64,000 nt of DNA from an uncultured Acidobacteriota bacterium (GTDB lineage Bacteria; Acidobacteriota; Blastocatellia; RBC074): positions 1,440,001 to 1,504,000 of the forward strand of contig CAWCKY010000006.1 in the NCBI GenBank assembly GCA_963796275.1, in the 5' to 3' direction. This document shows positions 1 to 8,822 of this stretch, piece by piece; positions within the stretch are counted from its first letter, which is position 1, and each line of letters starts with the position of its first letter. The position numbers and the translations under genes are program-made. The notes under the pieces were generated by a model. It made no database searches. It was given only the letters and a program-made list of their open reading frames with translations, and was not told where the DNA came from.

Positions 1-269
1 AAACCGCTCTTTTCAACCGCGATATTGTATTTGCCCGGTGGGAGCTGGGCCGCTACGAATATCCCGCCGTTGTTGGTTCTGACCTGGCGTGACAACTTCG
101 TCGATGGCTCCGTGATGATGATGATGGCATCCACAATAGGAGCACCCGCAGCATCTTTCACTGTTCCCGTTATAGATCCGCTCGTGCTTTGCCCGTAGCT
201 GGCTGATGCCGTCAGCACAACGAGGAGTAGAGCGGGGATTGACCACCTTGAAAGTTTTCTTGATAACAT
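1..269 (-). CDS. TonB-dependent receptor (Oar-like), N-terminal part; runs off the left edge
   Basis: Not in the ORF track. The minus strand from ATG at 269 (AGGAGG at 275-280) reads MLSRKLSRWSIPALLLVVLTASASYGQSTSGSITGTVKDAAGAPIVDAIIIITEPSTKLSRQVRTNNGGIFVAAQLPPGKYNIAVEKSG. This is a signal peptide plus a carboxypeptidase-regulatory-like domain, matching the N-termini of the receptors at 15147 and 20737. Confidence 0.8.
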   Translation of the reverse strand, partial: MLSRKLSRWSIPALLLVVLTASASYGQSTSGSITGTVKDAAGAPIVDAIIIITEPSTKLSRQVRTNNGGIFVAAQLPPGKYNIAVEKSG

Positions 270-503
270 AGCAGCCTCCTCTGCAACTGCCGTAGCGCAA
301 AGCGCTCCACGCAATTGCATATGCATCCTGTCCGGATTTTTACACTATCGCCAATGCTCATCAAAGTATGAGCGTCCGATTTCTCACTAGGTCAATCCCA
401 ACAAAAGCTGCCAATTTTGATAATTTCGCGTGATGGATCTGCGCTCCTGTTATCGCCTCGCCAAACTCCTTTCATCCCTCCTTGATTACAGAAGCGAATT
501 GTG

Positions 504-570
504 ATGTGCTTATATTCAGCACTTTTAAAAATGTGCTTGCATATTTACTGCTGATATGAACACAAGTCAA
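504..570 (-). promoter_or_regulatory. Candidate sigma70 promoter for the left-edge receptor, overlapped by repeated TGTGCTT/TGTGTTC motifs
   Basis: Minus strand TTGACT (570-565)-17 nt-TAAATA (547-542). ATGTGCTT occurs at 504 and 531, with an inverted related copy at 549-564. Confidence 0.4.
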
Positions 571-827
571 GTGATTCCATCTTTATTCTGGAATATTGAT
601 AACAATTTGTAAGGGTCAGTTAGTGGCGGAAGTAGGGCAGGTTTATATCTGATCCGCTCAGCTCAGAGTGCACTCTTCATTCCTGAGAGACGGCCATCGG
701 GGGCGGGGATGAAGGGTAGAATCAGAGGATGCTAATGATGATAGGTTGGTAATTGTTCAGTTGTATCCGGTTCAGCTAAGCGTTACTCTACAGGTCGCCC
801 CGCGACAAACTCAAAAAAACACTGATT

Positions 828-2828
828 ATGAAAAATTCGCGAATTGTCCTGGCCATAGTTGCGGTCGTGGTAGTGTTTCTGTTTGCGCTTCAGTACCGGA
901 TGGATAAACGGACTGTTGCCGCGCAGAGGAGCGCCATCACCGTTCGACTGGATCAACCGGGAGCGACCATTCCATCGACGCTCTTCGGCATATTCTTCGA
1001 AGACATCAACTTCGCCGCCGATGGAGGGATTTATCCCGAACGCATCAAGAACCGCTCGTTCGAGTTCCCCGAGCCGTTGATGGGATGGGAGAAGTTCGAG
1101 CGGGGCGGGGCAAAGGGAGCTCTCACCGTACTCGATCAATCGCCGATCAGTTCCGGTAATCCGCATTACCTTAGCGTTAAAGTAGAGGCTGCGGGCGAAG
1201 GATTTGGCCTGTCGAACGAGGGATTTCGCGGGATCGGCCTTCAACAAGGGGCTGAGTATGTCTTCTCAGTTTATGGGCGCAGCGATGAGAAAATGACATT
1301 GCGCGTCGAACTGGTCGACGCCAATGGAAAGAGCCTGGGGCAGATGAAGTTAAGCGGTTTCACGAACCAATGGAAGAGGCTGACCAAGTCTCTTCGCCCA
1401 TCGGCTACCGAACTGAAAGCTCGAGTAGAAATCTATGTCGAAGGGCAGGGGACGCTCGATCTCGACATGGTTTCACTCAATCCCAAAGAGACCTGGAAAA
1501 ATCATGGATTGCGGCCCGATCTGATGCGGCTGTTGAGCGAGCTCAAACCTGGCTTCGTGCGCTTCCCCGGTGGCTGCATTGTCGAGGGGCGCGACTTGAA
1601 CAATCGTTATCAATGGAAGACGACCATCGGCAATGCGGCTGATCGGCGTTTGATTATGAATCGCTGGAACGTCGAGTTCAAAAGCCGCACCCCGGCGCGC
1701 GCCGCGGAAGATTACTACCAGACATTCGGACTGGGGTTCTATGAATATTTCCAGCTCAGCGAGGACATCGGTGCAGAGCCGCTTCCGATCATCAATTGCG
1801 GCATGGCCTGCCAGTTCAATACCAGCGAACTGGCGCCGCTCGATCGGCTCGATCCTTATATCCAGGATGCGCTCGACCTGATCGAGTTCGCCAACGGATC
1901 TGTTGCCACGACCTGGGGCCGCAAGCGCGCCGAGATGGGGCACCCCGGGCTTTTCAATCTGAAGATGATCGGAGTCGGAAACGAACAGTGGGGGCCGCAA
2001 TATATCGAGCGCTATGAAATCTTCACCAAACCCATCAAAGCGAAATATCCCGACATTCGCTTGATCAGCAGCGCTGGGCCCGGGCCGCAGGGAGAGCGGT
2101 TCGATTTTCTCTGGGGCAAGTTGCGCGATCTGAAAGCGGAAATCATCGATGAGCATTACTACATGCCGCCCAAATGGTTTCTCGATAACGTCAATCGTTA
2201 CGATAAATATCCGCGCACTGGCCCGAAGGTATTCGCCGGAGAGTTTGCCGCTCATATCCCGGCGCGCGAACGCCCTGATAAACCTAACAACTGGGAAGGC
2301 GCGCTGGCGGAGGCTGCGTTTATTACCGGCCTCGAGCGTAATGCCGATCTTGTAATCATGGCATCCTATGCGCCGCTGCTGGCACACGTCGATGCATGGC
2401 AATGGTCGCCGAACCTGATCTGGTTCGATAACCTGCACTCTTATGGTACTCCGAGCTACTACGTGCAGAAGCTATTCAGCACGAATCGGGGCACGAACAT
2501 ATTGCCGGTAGAGATGGATCAGAAAGAGCTCTTTGCGAGCGCCTCCCTCGATAAGCGGACCGGCGAGGTGATATTGAAGGTGGTCAATACCGCATCAACA
2601 ACGAGAGAGGTCGACATCAATTTACCCGGAGCAAAGGCGGGGGAGACGACAGAAACAGGGAATATCAAGGGAAGAGCAATAGTACTTTCGAGTACAGACC
2701 TCGCTGCTGAGAACAGTTTGAAAGAACCGATGAAGATAGCGCCGTCCGAGCAGAGGCTCAACGTTGCATCGGGCCGGTTCGTATATACGTTTGCACCATA
2801 CTCTCTGACGGTTTTACGTTTCAAATAA
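828..2828 (+). CDS. Alpha-L-arabinofuranosidase, GH51, exported
   Basis: N-terminal hydrophobic segment; GIFFEDINFAADGG, RFPGGC, GVGNEQWG (acid/base) and VFAGEFA (nucleophile) motifs; C-terminal beta-sandwich. Confidence 0.93.
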   Translation: MKNSRIVLAIVAVVVVFLFALQYRMDKRTVAAQRSAITVRLDQPGATIPSTLFGIFFEDINFAADGGIYPERIKNRSFEFPEPLMGWEKFERGGAKGALTVLDQSPISSGNPHYLSVKVEAAGEGFGLSNEGFRGIGLQQGAEYVFSVYGRSDEKMTLRVELVDANGKSLGQMKLSGFTNQWKRLTKSLRPSATELKARVEIYVEGQGTLDLDMVSLNPKETWKNHGLRPDLMRLLSELKPGFVRFPGGCIVEGRDLNNRYQWKTTIGNAADRRLIMNRWNVEFKSRTPARAAEDYYQTFGLGFYEYFQLSEDIGAEPLPIINCGMACQFNTSELAPLDRLDPYIQDALDLIEFANGSVATTWGRKRAEMGHPGLFNLKMIGVGNEQWGPQYIERYEIFTKPIKAKYPDIRLISSAGPGPQGERFDFLWGKLRDLKAEIIDEHYYMPPKWFLDNVNRYDKYPRTGPKVFAGEFAAHIPARERPDKPNNWEGALAEAAFITGLERNADLVIMASYAPLLAHVDAWQWSPNLIWFDNLHSYGTPSYYVQKLFSTNRGTNILPVEMDQKELFASASLDKRTGEVILKVVNTASTTREVDINLPGAKAGETTETGNIKGRAIVLSSTDLAAENSLKEPMKIAPSEQRLNVASGRFVYTFAPYSLTVLRFK

Positions 2829-2838
2829 TGGAGAAATT

Positions 2839-3258
2839 ATGACCGATAAAGAGGCATTCTTCACACGCTGGACGCCGCGGATTCTCAGCATTTTGCGTAT
2901 AGTTGCGGCATTCCTGTTTATGGCGCATGGGAGTCAGAAATTGTTCGCTCTGCCACCGGGTCAACAAATGCGTCCCGTTTTACTTTCCATGGCCGGGATA
3001 GGCGGAATACTCGAGTTTTTCGGAGGCTTATTACTTTTGATAGGGTTATTCACGCGCCCGATAGCATTTTTGTTATCGGGAATGATGGCAGTGGCCTATT
3101 TCCTGTACCATGCCCCGCAGGGATTTCTTCCGCTGTTGAATCGCGGAGAGTTAGCGGCTCTCTATTGTTTTCTCTTCTTCTATATATTTTTTGCGGGCGG
3201 GGGAGAATGGAGTTTCGATAACCGGTGGCGTGGAAGAGACGGCCGTGAGATGAAATAA
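2839..3258 (+). CDS. DoxX family membrane protein
   Basis: LRIVAAFLFMAHGSQKLF, LEFFGGLLLLIGLFTRP and GELAALY motifs; GGAG RBS. Confidence 0.9.
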   Translation: MTDKEAFFTRWTPRILSILRIVAAFLFMAHGSQKLFALPPGQQMRPVLLSMAGIGGILEFFGGLLLLIGLFTRPIAFLLSGMMAVAYFLYHAPQGFLPLLNRGELAALYCFLFFYIFFAGGGEWSFDNRWRGRDGREMK

Positions 3259-3366
3259 CGCCCTTCAAAAACCATATAAGTGAAGAGTGGAAATGAAAGG
3301 TCATTGAAATCAAGGTTGTCGGTTCTGGCACGGGGGGCTGCTAAAGTGAGCGAACTCACCCGCCAG

Positions 3367-3515
3367 AGCGCCAGAGGCGCGAGATGTTTATAGAATTCGT
3401 GTCCCACCTCTCGCAAGGTCCGGAGGAGCGACATTTATGCATTCATATGTCGCTCCTCCGGAGCTTGTGAGACTTGTGTATTCGAATGCTATATACATCG
3501 GGCTCCTCCGGAGCC
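3367..3515. repeat. REP/BIME-like cluster of four palindromic units (two forward, two inverted)
   Basis: agcgccagaggcgcgagatgtttatag (3367-3393), tccggaggagcgacat (3419-3434), its perfect inverse atgtcgctcctccgga (3447-3462), and ctatatacatcgggctcctccggagcc (3489-3515). Confidence 0.75.
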
Positions 3516-3883
3516 AATCAGAAATTGTTGATAATAACCAGCTTTATTGAGCTACAGGCAATCGGCTTTACAAAGATTGCCTGCTTCGCTTCCGCCGCGT
3601 ATCGATGCTATGAATGTAGCCCTACGTTGTTGCTTTATTTTTTTTTCAAAAGAACATCAACGCCTGGTAGGTATTAGCAAGTAGGAGTTAAAGCGTTTAA
3701 CCTGAATGTCAATAATTTGCACAGTCCTTATGCAAATAGATGCGTAATAAAAGTAGATGCGTAGCTCTGCAGTTAACCGTGGTTTGCAGTAACAAGGCCG
3801 ATAGAGAAACGAAACAAACGAAAATAACGGAAGATAGAAGTATTCCGCTTGTTTCATATTCTCTTCCGATAAGTATGTCGTGG

Positions 3884-5045
3884 TTATTTCCCACCGGCAA
3901 TGTAGTTGGTCGTGACCATATCCTGGTAATTTTGATAACGGCCACCGTCGAAGTCCTTCAAAAAAACCGAAATCTGCTGCAGTAATGTCGTTAACCGATG
4001 CCCGGGGATCTGGGCCGGATGCGGGTAGCGTCCCGATACCGCCCGGATGAAGAGGCTTCTGTCATTAACCGGGAGTTTACGCACATTGTCGGTGAAGGCG
4101 GCGAATGAGCCGCCATCGAAGAGAAATTGCTCCACATTCGAGGTGTAGAATGCCGTCACCGTTAAACCGTGCTTCCGCAGATAATCGCCCACAGCAACCA
4201 GCGCCTTCTTTCCTGCGAAATCGCCGACAATCGGGATGATCAGATTTTTGCGCTGTAAGTTACGTACGAAATCGTAGTCCTCCGCGCTCGCCAGAAAGTT
4301 CCCGGTCTTTCCATTCTGATCCTGCTGTTCTATCAAATCTTTCAGAGTAGGGAAGTATCCGCCCCGTGGTCTGCCTACGCGGAATGAGATGTCGAGTCCT
4401 TCCGTGTGGAAATTCTTGTAGATGTAATCGAGGTTCTTCTGATCGTCGCCGGTAAGGGGAAATTGAAACTCTTCCAGTATCACTTTACGGATGGCGGCCA
4501 GATTCGCGGCGAAGGTGAGGTCATCTCCTGGCAACTTGTCGAAGAATTCCGTTAATTCCTCGGTTGAGGCATTTGTCAACGGCGCGTTGTCAGTCGGCAG
4601 ATGCCGGCTCAGCAGCCGCGAGAGAAACTGCGTGCGGTTCGGCGAAAGATGGAAGATGGCTTTGTACATCAGATGCTGGACCATCGCCTGCCGCCGAATG
4701 TCTACGATAAATGCGATGCGCGGGCGGATCTTTCGCGATGTAGGTGAAGTTCTGCTCGGGACCGACACCGATATATGCCCCGCCGGTAGCGTTTAACTGT
4801 CGCAGTTTATTGACCACCGTCAGATAGCCGGTCTCGTTGGAGGTGAAATTATCCGATCGGAAAAAACCTCCCTCCTCCGATAATTCCCGGACCAGGCGAG
4901 AAAATTCAGATGCAGTTAAACTCTCGGGCAGGCGTTGCTGGCGCGAGGCCGGTTGCCAGGCTGTTAGTGCGATCGTGGCGATCAGTGTCAATGCCAGAAC
5001 GGATGATTTCATCAGTTTGTTATGCATGCGAGGCATCAAGATCAT
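3884..5045 (-). CDS. Exported conserved hypothetical protein, possible methyltransferase-like fold; split by a +1 frameshift near 4732
   Basis: ORFs 4590-5045 and 3884-4768 join as ...GVGPEQNFTYIAK/IRPRIAFIVDI... if one A is removed from GCGAAAGATC. Signal peptide and GGAG RBS present. Confidence 0.75.
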
Positions 5046-5134
5046 GTTGCGTCTCCCAGATTAACCGCAAAGGCCAAATAAGATGTCAAAAAACACGATA
5101 CCCCTCGTGACCGCTCTTGTGTATTTGGTGTGAA

Positions 5135-7324
5135 TCATCCTCCCTTATTGTCTATTTTCATCGGGAGCGACCTGAGCCGTATACCGCTCGCGTCGAAGAT
5201 CGCATTACTAACCGCCGGAGCCAGCGCGATTATGGGCGCCTCTCCTGCCCCCTCTGAAGGCAGATCCTTACGGTCGACCAGAACGGTCTCGAGTATCGGA
5301 ACATCGCTGAAGCGGGGTACGCGATAACGCGAGAAACGCGGATTGAGTATCTTTCCATCCTCGAACTGTATCGCTTCAAAGAGAGCGCCGCCGATGCCCT
5401 GGATGATCGACCCCTCGACCTGATTGCGCAATCCCTCGGGATTGATGATCGCGCCGCATTCAAAGGCTGTCACTACCCGCACGATCTTCACTTTATCTCG
5501 TTCGACCGACACCTCCGCACAGTTCGCAACAAAACCGCCTTTCTCCGAGCCCCCGGCGATTCCATAACCGACGCCCTTCGACGCTCTGTTTTTACCCCAA
5601 CCGAAGGCCTTCGCCGCCGCTTCCAGGACCGCGCGCAGGCGCTCGTTCTTCAGATTCTTCAGGCGGAATTCGAGCGGGTCTATCTTCAAGCTGTTGGCAA
5701 GCTCATCGATGTGTACTTCGCGCGCGAAGTGATTGGCGGTTGCAGCCAGCGCGCGATATGACCCCTGACGTAAAGGAGAGTCGGAACGATGAAACTCTAT
5801 GCGCTGGTTGGCAATGTCGTAGAGAGGATTGATGGCAGACTGCCCGGAATTGTAGTTGTGAAATTCCCAGGCCGTGATCAATCCGTCGCTGCTCACACCG
5901 CTCGTGATTTCTATCACTCCTGCGGGACGAAAGTACGCCCAGGTGAATTCCTCTTCGCGCGTCCAAACCAGTTTGACCGGTTTGCCCGCGGCTTTGGCCA
6001 GACGAGCCGCCTCGATCGCGGTTTCGCCCGAATGCTTGCCGCCATAACCCGAGCCGGTATCCGGCACGATTACGCGGACCCGTTCTTCGGGAATTCCGAA
6101 GGCCATCGCCAATTCGCTGCGGACGCCGAACGGGCGTTGCGTTCCCGTCCAGACGGTGAGCTTGCCATCTTTCCATTCCGCAACGGCAGCGCGCGGCTCA
6201 AGCGGCGCATGTGCAATGTAGGCCACCGTATAACTTCGCTCAAGCTTCTGGCTTGCCGCGGCCAGACCATCGTCGATCGATCCGCGGATGGTGTTGTTCC
6301 CGCGCCTGCCGGGCGATTGGGGCCCTGAAGGCGGTTTCTTCAAATAATCATAGATCTCTTTCCAAGAAGGCTGCGGAGTCGTTTTCCATTCAGCCTTGAT
6401 CGCCGCCAGCGCGCGTGCAGCCAACTGTTGACTGGGGGCAGCGACGCCGACGAATTCCCCATCGCGCACGACTGTCACTCCGGCCATGGCTTCCGCCGCC
6501 TTCGTGTCTAAAGCAGACGGCGATGCGAGCGTGGCGTTGAATGCCGGCGCGCGGAAGACTTTGCCATAGAGCATCCCCGGAAGTTTAAGGTCGGAAGTAT
6601 AGAGATGCGACCCCGTCACGATCTCACGGCCATTGACTTTGGCGACGGATTTTCCCGCGATCTCCCATTTATCGGGAGGCGAGACTGGAGCGGTCTCACC
6701 GATCGTCTTCATCAGCTTCTTACCTTTGGTAAGTTGGCCGAAAGTGAAGGATTGTTTTGTATTTGGAGTTGTAACCTTACCGTCATCGACGATGAGACCG
6801 CGGCGATCAGCTTTTGAATGGTCGGCGGCCAGGTCGATCAGCATCTCGCGCGCTGCAGCGGACGCCTTTCGAAGCTGCGGGCTCATTGTTGGGGTCGTCC
6901 TGCTGCCGAACGTACCAGCATCGAAAGGTGTGAGCTCTGTGTCGCCCATCACCAATCGTATGGAGTTCATCGACACGCGCAGCTCTTCTGCGACGACCTG
7001 AGCGAGCGAGGTTCGAATGTCCTGTCCGAATTCGACTTTCCCGGTATAGACCGTTATGGCGCCGTCTTCTCCGATATGAAGCCAGGCCCCTATCTCCTGA
7101 GGCAAGGTTCTGCCGGGATTACCGCGACGTCCGCCGCCGGATTCCTGATCCTGGTTGGCCAGGACTTCTTTCAGCGCGAAAATGATCAGAATTCCACCAC
7201 CCAGCGCTTTGAAGAAATCGCGCCTCTCCATCTCGAAATGATAGGCAGGCCCGGATTCCAGCTCGTATCTCTCAGGCTCAATCGCGGGTTCAATTGCGGT
7301 TTCGACCGAAGGCATTTCAATCAT
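5135..7324 (-). CDS. Xanthine dehydrogenase family molybdopterin-binding subunit (isoquinoline 1-oxidoreductase beta-like)
   Basis: GKVEFGQDIRT, GTFGSRTT, HAPLEP, GSGYGGK and GAGEAP motifs; RRDFFK twin-arginine-like segment. The ATG at 7324 overlaps the stop of the 2Fe-2S subunit. Confidence 0.9.
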   Translation of the reverse strand: MIEMPSVETAIEPAIEPERYELESGPAYHFEMERRDFFKALGGGILIIFALKEVLANQDQESGGGRRGNPGRTLPQEIGAWLHIGEDGAITVYTGKVEFGQDIRTSLAQVVAEELRVSMNSIRLVMGDTELTPFDAGTFGSRTTPTMSPQLRKASAAAREMLIDLAADHSKADRRGLIVDDGKVTTPNTKQSFTFGQLTKGKKLMKTIGETAPVSPPDKWEIAGKSVAKVNGREIVTGSHLYTSDLKLPGMLYGKVFRAPAFNATLASPSALDTKAAEAMAGVTVVRDGEFVGVAAPSQQLAARALAAIKAEWKTTPQPSWKEIYDYLKKPPSGPQSPGRRGNNTIRGSIDDGLAAASQKLERSYTVAYIAHAPLEPRAAVAEWKDGKLTVWTGTQRPFGVRSELAMAFGIPEERVRVIVPDTGSGYGGKHSGETAIEAARLAKAAGKPVKLVWTREEEFTWAYFRPAGVIEITSGVSSDGLITAWEFHNYNSGQSAINPLYDIANQRIEFHRSDSPLRQGSYRALAATANHFAREVHIDELANSLKIDPLEFRLKNLKNERLRAVLEAAAKAFGWGKNRASKGVGYGIAGGSEKGGFVANCAEVSVERDKVKIVRVVTAFECGAIINPEGLRNQVEGSIIQGIGGALFEAIQFEDGKILNPRFSRYRVPRFSDVPILETVLVDRKDLPSEGAGEAPIIALAPAVSNAIFDASGIRLRSLPMKIDNKGG

Positions 7325-7805
7325 TGAATCCTCCTTTCTCCGCCCTTGCTTCATTGGCGACGCGGCGAAGAGCCGCGAGTATTCGCGGATAGGTGCCGCA
7401 ACGGCAGATATTGCCTTCCATCGCGCGAACGATCTCCGCGTCGGTCGGGTTGGGATTCTTTTTGAGCAGACCGGCGCCCGACATGATCATTCCGGGAATG
7501 CAGTAGCCGCACTGCATAGCACCCGTTTCCAGGAATGCCTCCTGTAACGGATGCAGTTTCTGCTGACCCAGACCCTCGATGGTTGTTATCTTTTTACCAG
7601 CGGTTACGCCGATCTGAGTCAGACAGGAACGCGCCGGCTGCCCATCGATGAGGACGGTGCACGCGCCGCACTGGCCTTCGCCGCAACCATACTTGGCGCC
7701 CGTCAAATCGAGGTCATCGCGCAGTACGCTGAGCAGACTCCGGTCAGCTTCCGTTTCGATACGGCGCCTGGCCCCGTTGACGTGAAGCTCTATGACTTTG
7801 AGCAT
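7317..7805 (-). CDS. (2Fe-2S)-binding small subunit of the molybdoenzyme
   Basis: KYGCGEGQCGACTV, QCGYCIPG and NICRCGTY. Start taken at MLKVIEL. Confidence 0.93.
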   Translation of the reverse strand: MLKVIELHVNGARRRIETEADRSLLSVLRDDLDLTGAKYGCGEGQCGACTVLIDGQPARSCLTQIGVTAGKKITTIEGLGQQKLHPLQEAFLETGAMQCGYCIPGMIMSGAGLLKKNPNPTDAEIVRAMEGNICRCGTYPRILAALRRVANEARAEKGGFND

Positions 7806-7824
7806 GGTTTCCCCCCACGGTTCA

Positions 7825-7902
7825 GCCACAGAAGCACGGGGAATAGATTTTAGATTTTAGATTTAAAATTTTAGATTTTAAATTTGCCCGTGCTTCTGTG
7901 GC
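7825..7902. repeat. 16-bp perfect inverted repeat enclosing a heptamer (TAGATTT) tandem array
   Basis: gccacagaagcacggg (7825-7840) and cccgtgcttctgtggc (7887-7902) flank tagattt-tagattt-tagattt-aaaattt-tagattt-taaattt. Confidence 0.85.
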
Positions 7903-7938
7903 AGTTTTTAACGGTATTCTATGATCCTGATTCTAATG

Positions 7939-8415
7939 TCACAACTGCAGATCAATCTCAGATGGTTTAACCACGACTTCGATCAGGGCGCCGTACTCTA
8001 TTCCTCTGATGTATTCAGCTATCACCTCCATCAACGAATCGTTTTGATGGTGACGTATTTTCGTTTCAGGGTGCGGATAGTAGATCCATCCATCATAGGT
8101 TTCGCCGTAAAAAATCAAATTGCAGCGAGAGAACGAAAAATCTTCGGGCGGATGGTATGGCGTCCAATCAACTTTTGAGAATTTATACTCCGCCTTTTTT
8201 ACGCGAAATTTGTAGGGAGAGATCGAGATATTCAATGTGCCCCGATAATAAGGGGTGATGTCCAATCCGCGTTCCTTGAAGAAGGGAGTCTGCATCGCAA
8301 TTGTCCCTGCAGGGTAGTGTTCAGAGCTTTTTGACGCGACCTCGTGACCGCGGACTATCACACCCCGGACCGTTAACCACTCTTGGATCGATTGGATCGA
8401 CTCTTCCTTCTTCAC
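7939..8415 (-). CDS. Hypothetical protein resembling CTP-dependent riboflavin kinase (RIFT barrel)
   Basis: VRGVIVRG...PYYRGTLNISI...LMEVIAEYIRGIEYGALIEV parallels the archaeal kinase motifs GxVxSG, PYPGTLN and ElIAP. GTG start. Confidence 0.6.
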   Translation of the reverse strand: MKKEESIQSIQEWLTVRGVIVRGHEVASKSSEHYPAGTIAMQTPFFKERGLDITPYYRGTLNISISPYKFRVKKAEYKFSKVDWTPYHPPEDFSFSRCNLIFYGETYDGWIYYPHPETKIRHHQNDSLMEVIAEYIRGIEYGALIEVVVKPSEIDLQL

Positions 8416-8416
8416 C

Positions 8417-8713
8417 CTACTTTTGATTTTCCTTCTTCAGTGGAATAGGTGTCATCACAGCTTCCCGCTCCTGCTTCTTACAAGGGTCGATGACCTGCAA
8501 TTTGAAATCGATATCCTCTCTCGGTTTGATGACCTGCAATTTGTAATCGATCTCATTTGATGGCGTGATAACTCGCATCTTATATGCACCGCATCTGTCT
8601 TTTTTATCGTCTTTCTCGTTTTTCTTCAGAGTCAAACTATCTTGGGCGAATGTCCAGGTACAACCGATCAATAGACAAAAGAACAAGACGTAAACGAAAG
8701 GGTGTCTGGTCAT
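8417..8713 (-). CDS. Small secreted protein with three 13-aa repeats
   Basis: Signal peptide ending TFA-Q; repeats AYKMRVITP, DYKLQVIKP and DFKLQVIDP between two Cys. Abuts the next gene. Confidence 0.7.
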   Translation of the reverse strand: MTRHPFVYVLFFCLLIGCTWTFAQDSLTLKKNEKDDKKDRCGAYKMRVITPSNEIDYKLQVIKPREDIDFKLQVIDPCKKQEREAVMTPIPLKKENQK

Positions 8714-8726
8714 AAGTTATCCTTTC

Positions 8727-8756
8727 CGATCAAATTGGCCGATCAAATTGGCCGAT
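8727..8756. repeat. 13-bp tandem duplication
   Basis: ccgatcaaattgg x2 followed by ccgat. Confidence 0.7.
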
Positions 8757-8822
8757 GCGCGATTAAACTGTTTCTTTCAGAGCTGGCCGAAGGTTGCGCG
8801 GATCAGATTTTAAAACACGATC

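Noticed and set aside
13-300. 95-aa Cys/His-rich ORF (CCGCSYCGCHHHHH) resembling a metal-binding peptide
   Set aside because: It is an alternative frame of the receptor N-terminus starting at 269, which has the RBS and a recognisable domain.
1473-2438. Long antisense or alternative-frame ORFs (also 17438-18241, 17599-18435, 19207-19935, 37146-38102, 44973-45728, 49433-50143)
   Set aside because: They lie within well-supported genes, have no motifs and are expected shadows of GC-rich codon usage.
3367-3515. Possible CRISPR array
   Set aside because: Units are inverted relative to each other and unevenly spaced, and no cas genes are present. A REP-like cluster fits better.
3474-3985. Several 66-81 aa ORFs in the AT-rich gap
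   Set aside because: No RBS or motifs; they overlap repeats and each other.
4725-4740. Programmed frameshifting or phase variation at the split genes
   Set aside because: No slippery heptamer or long homopolymer at any of the five sites; error is more parsimonious.
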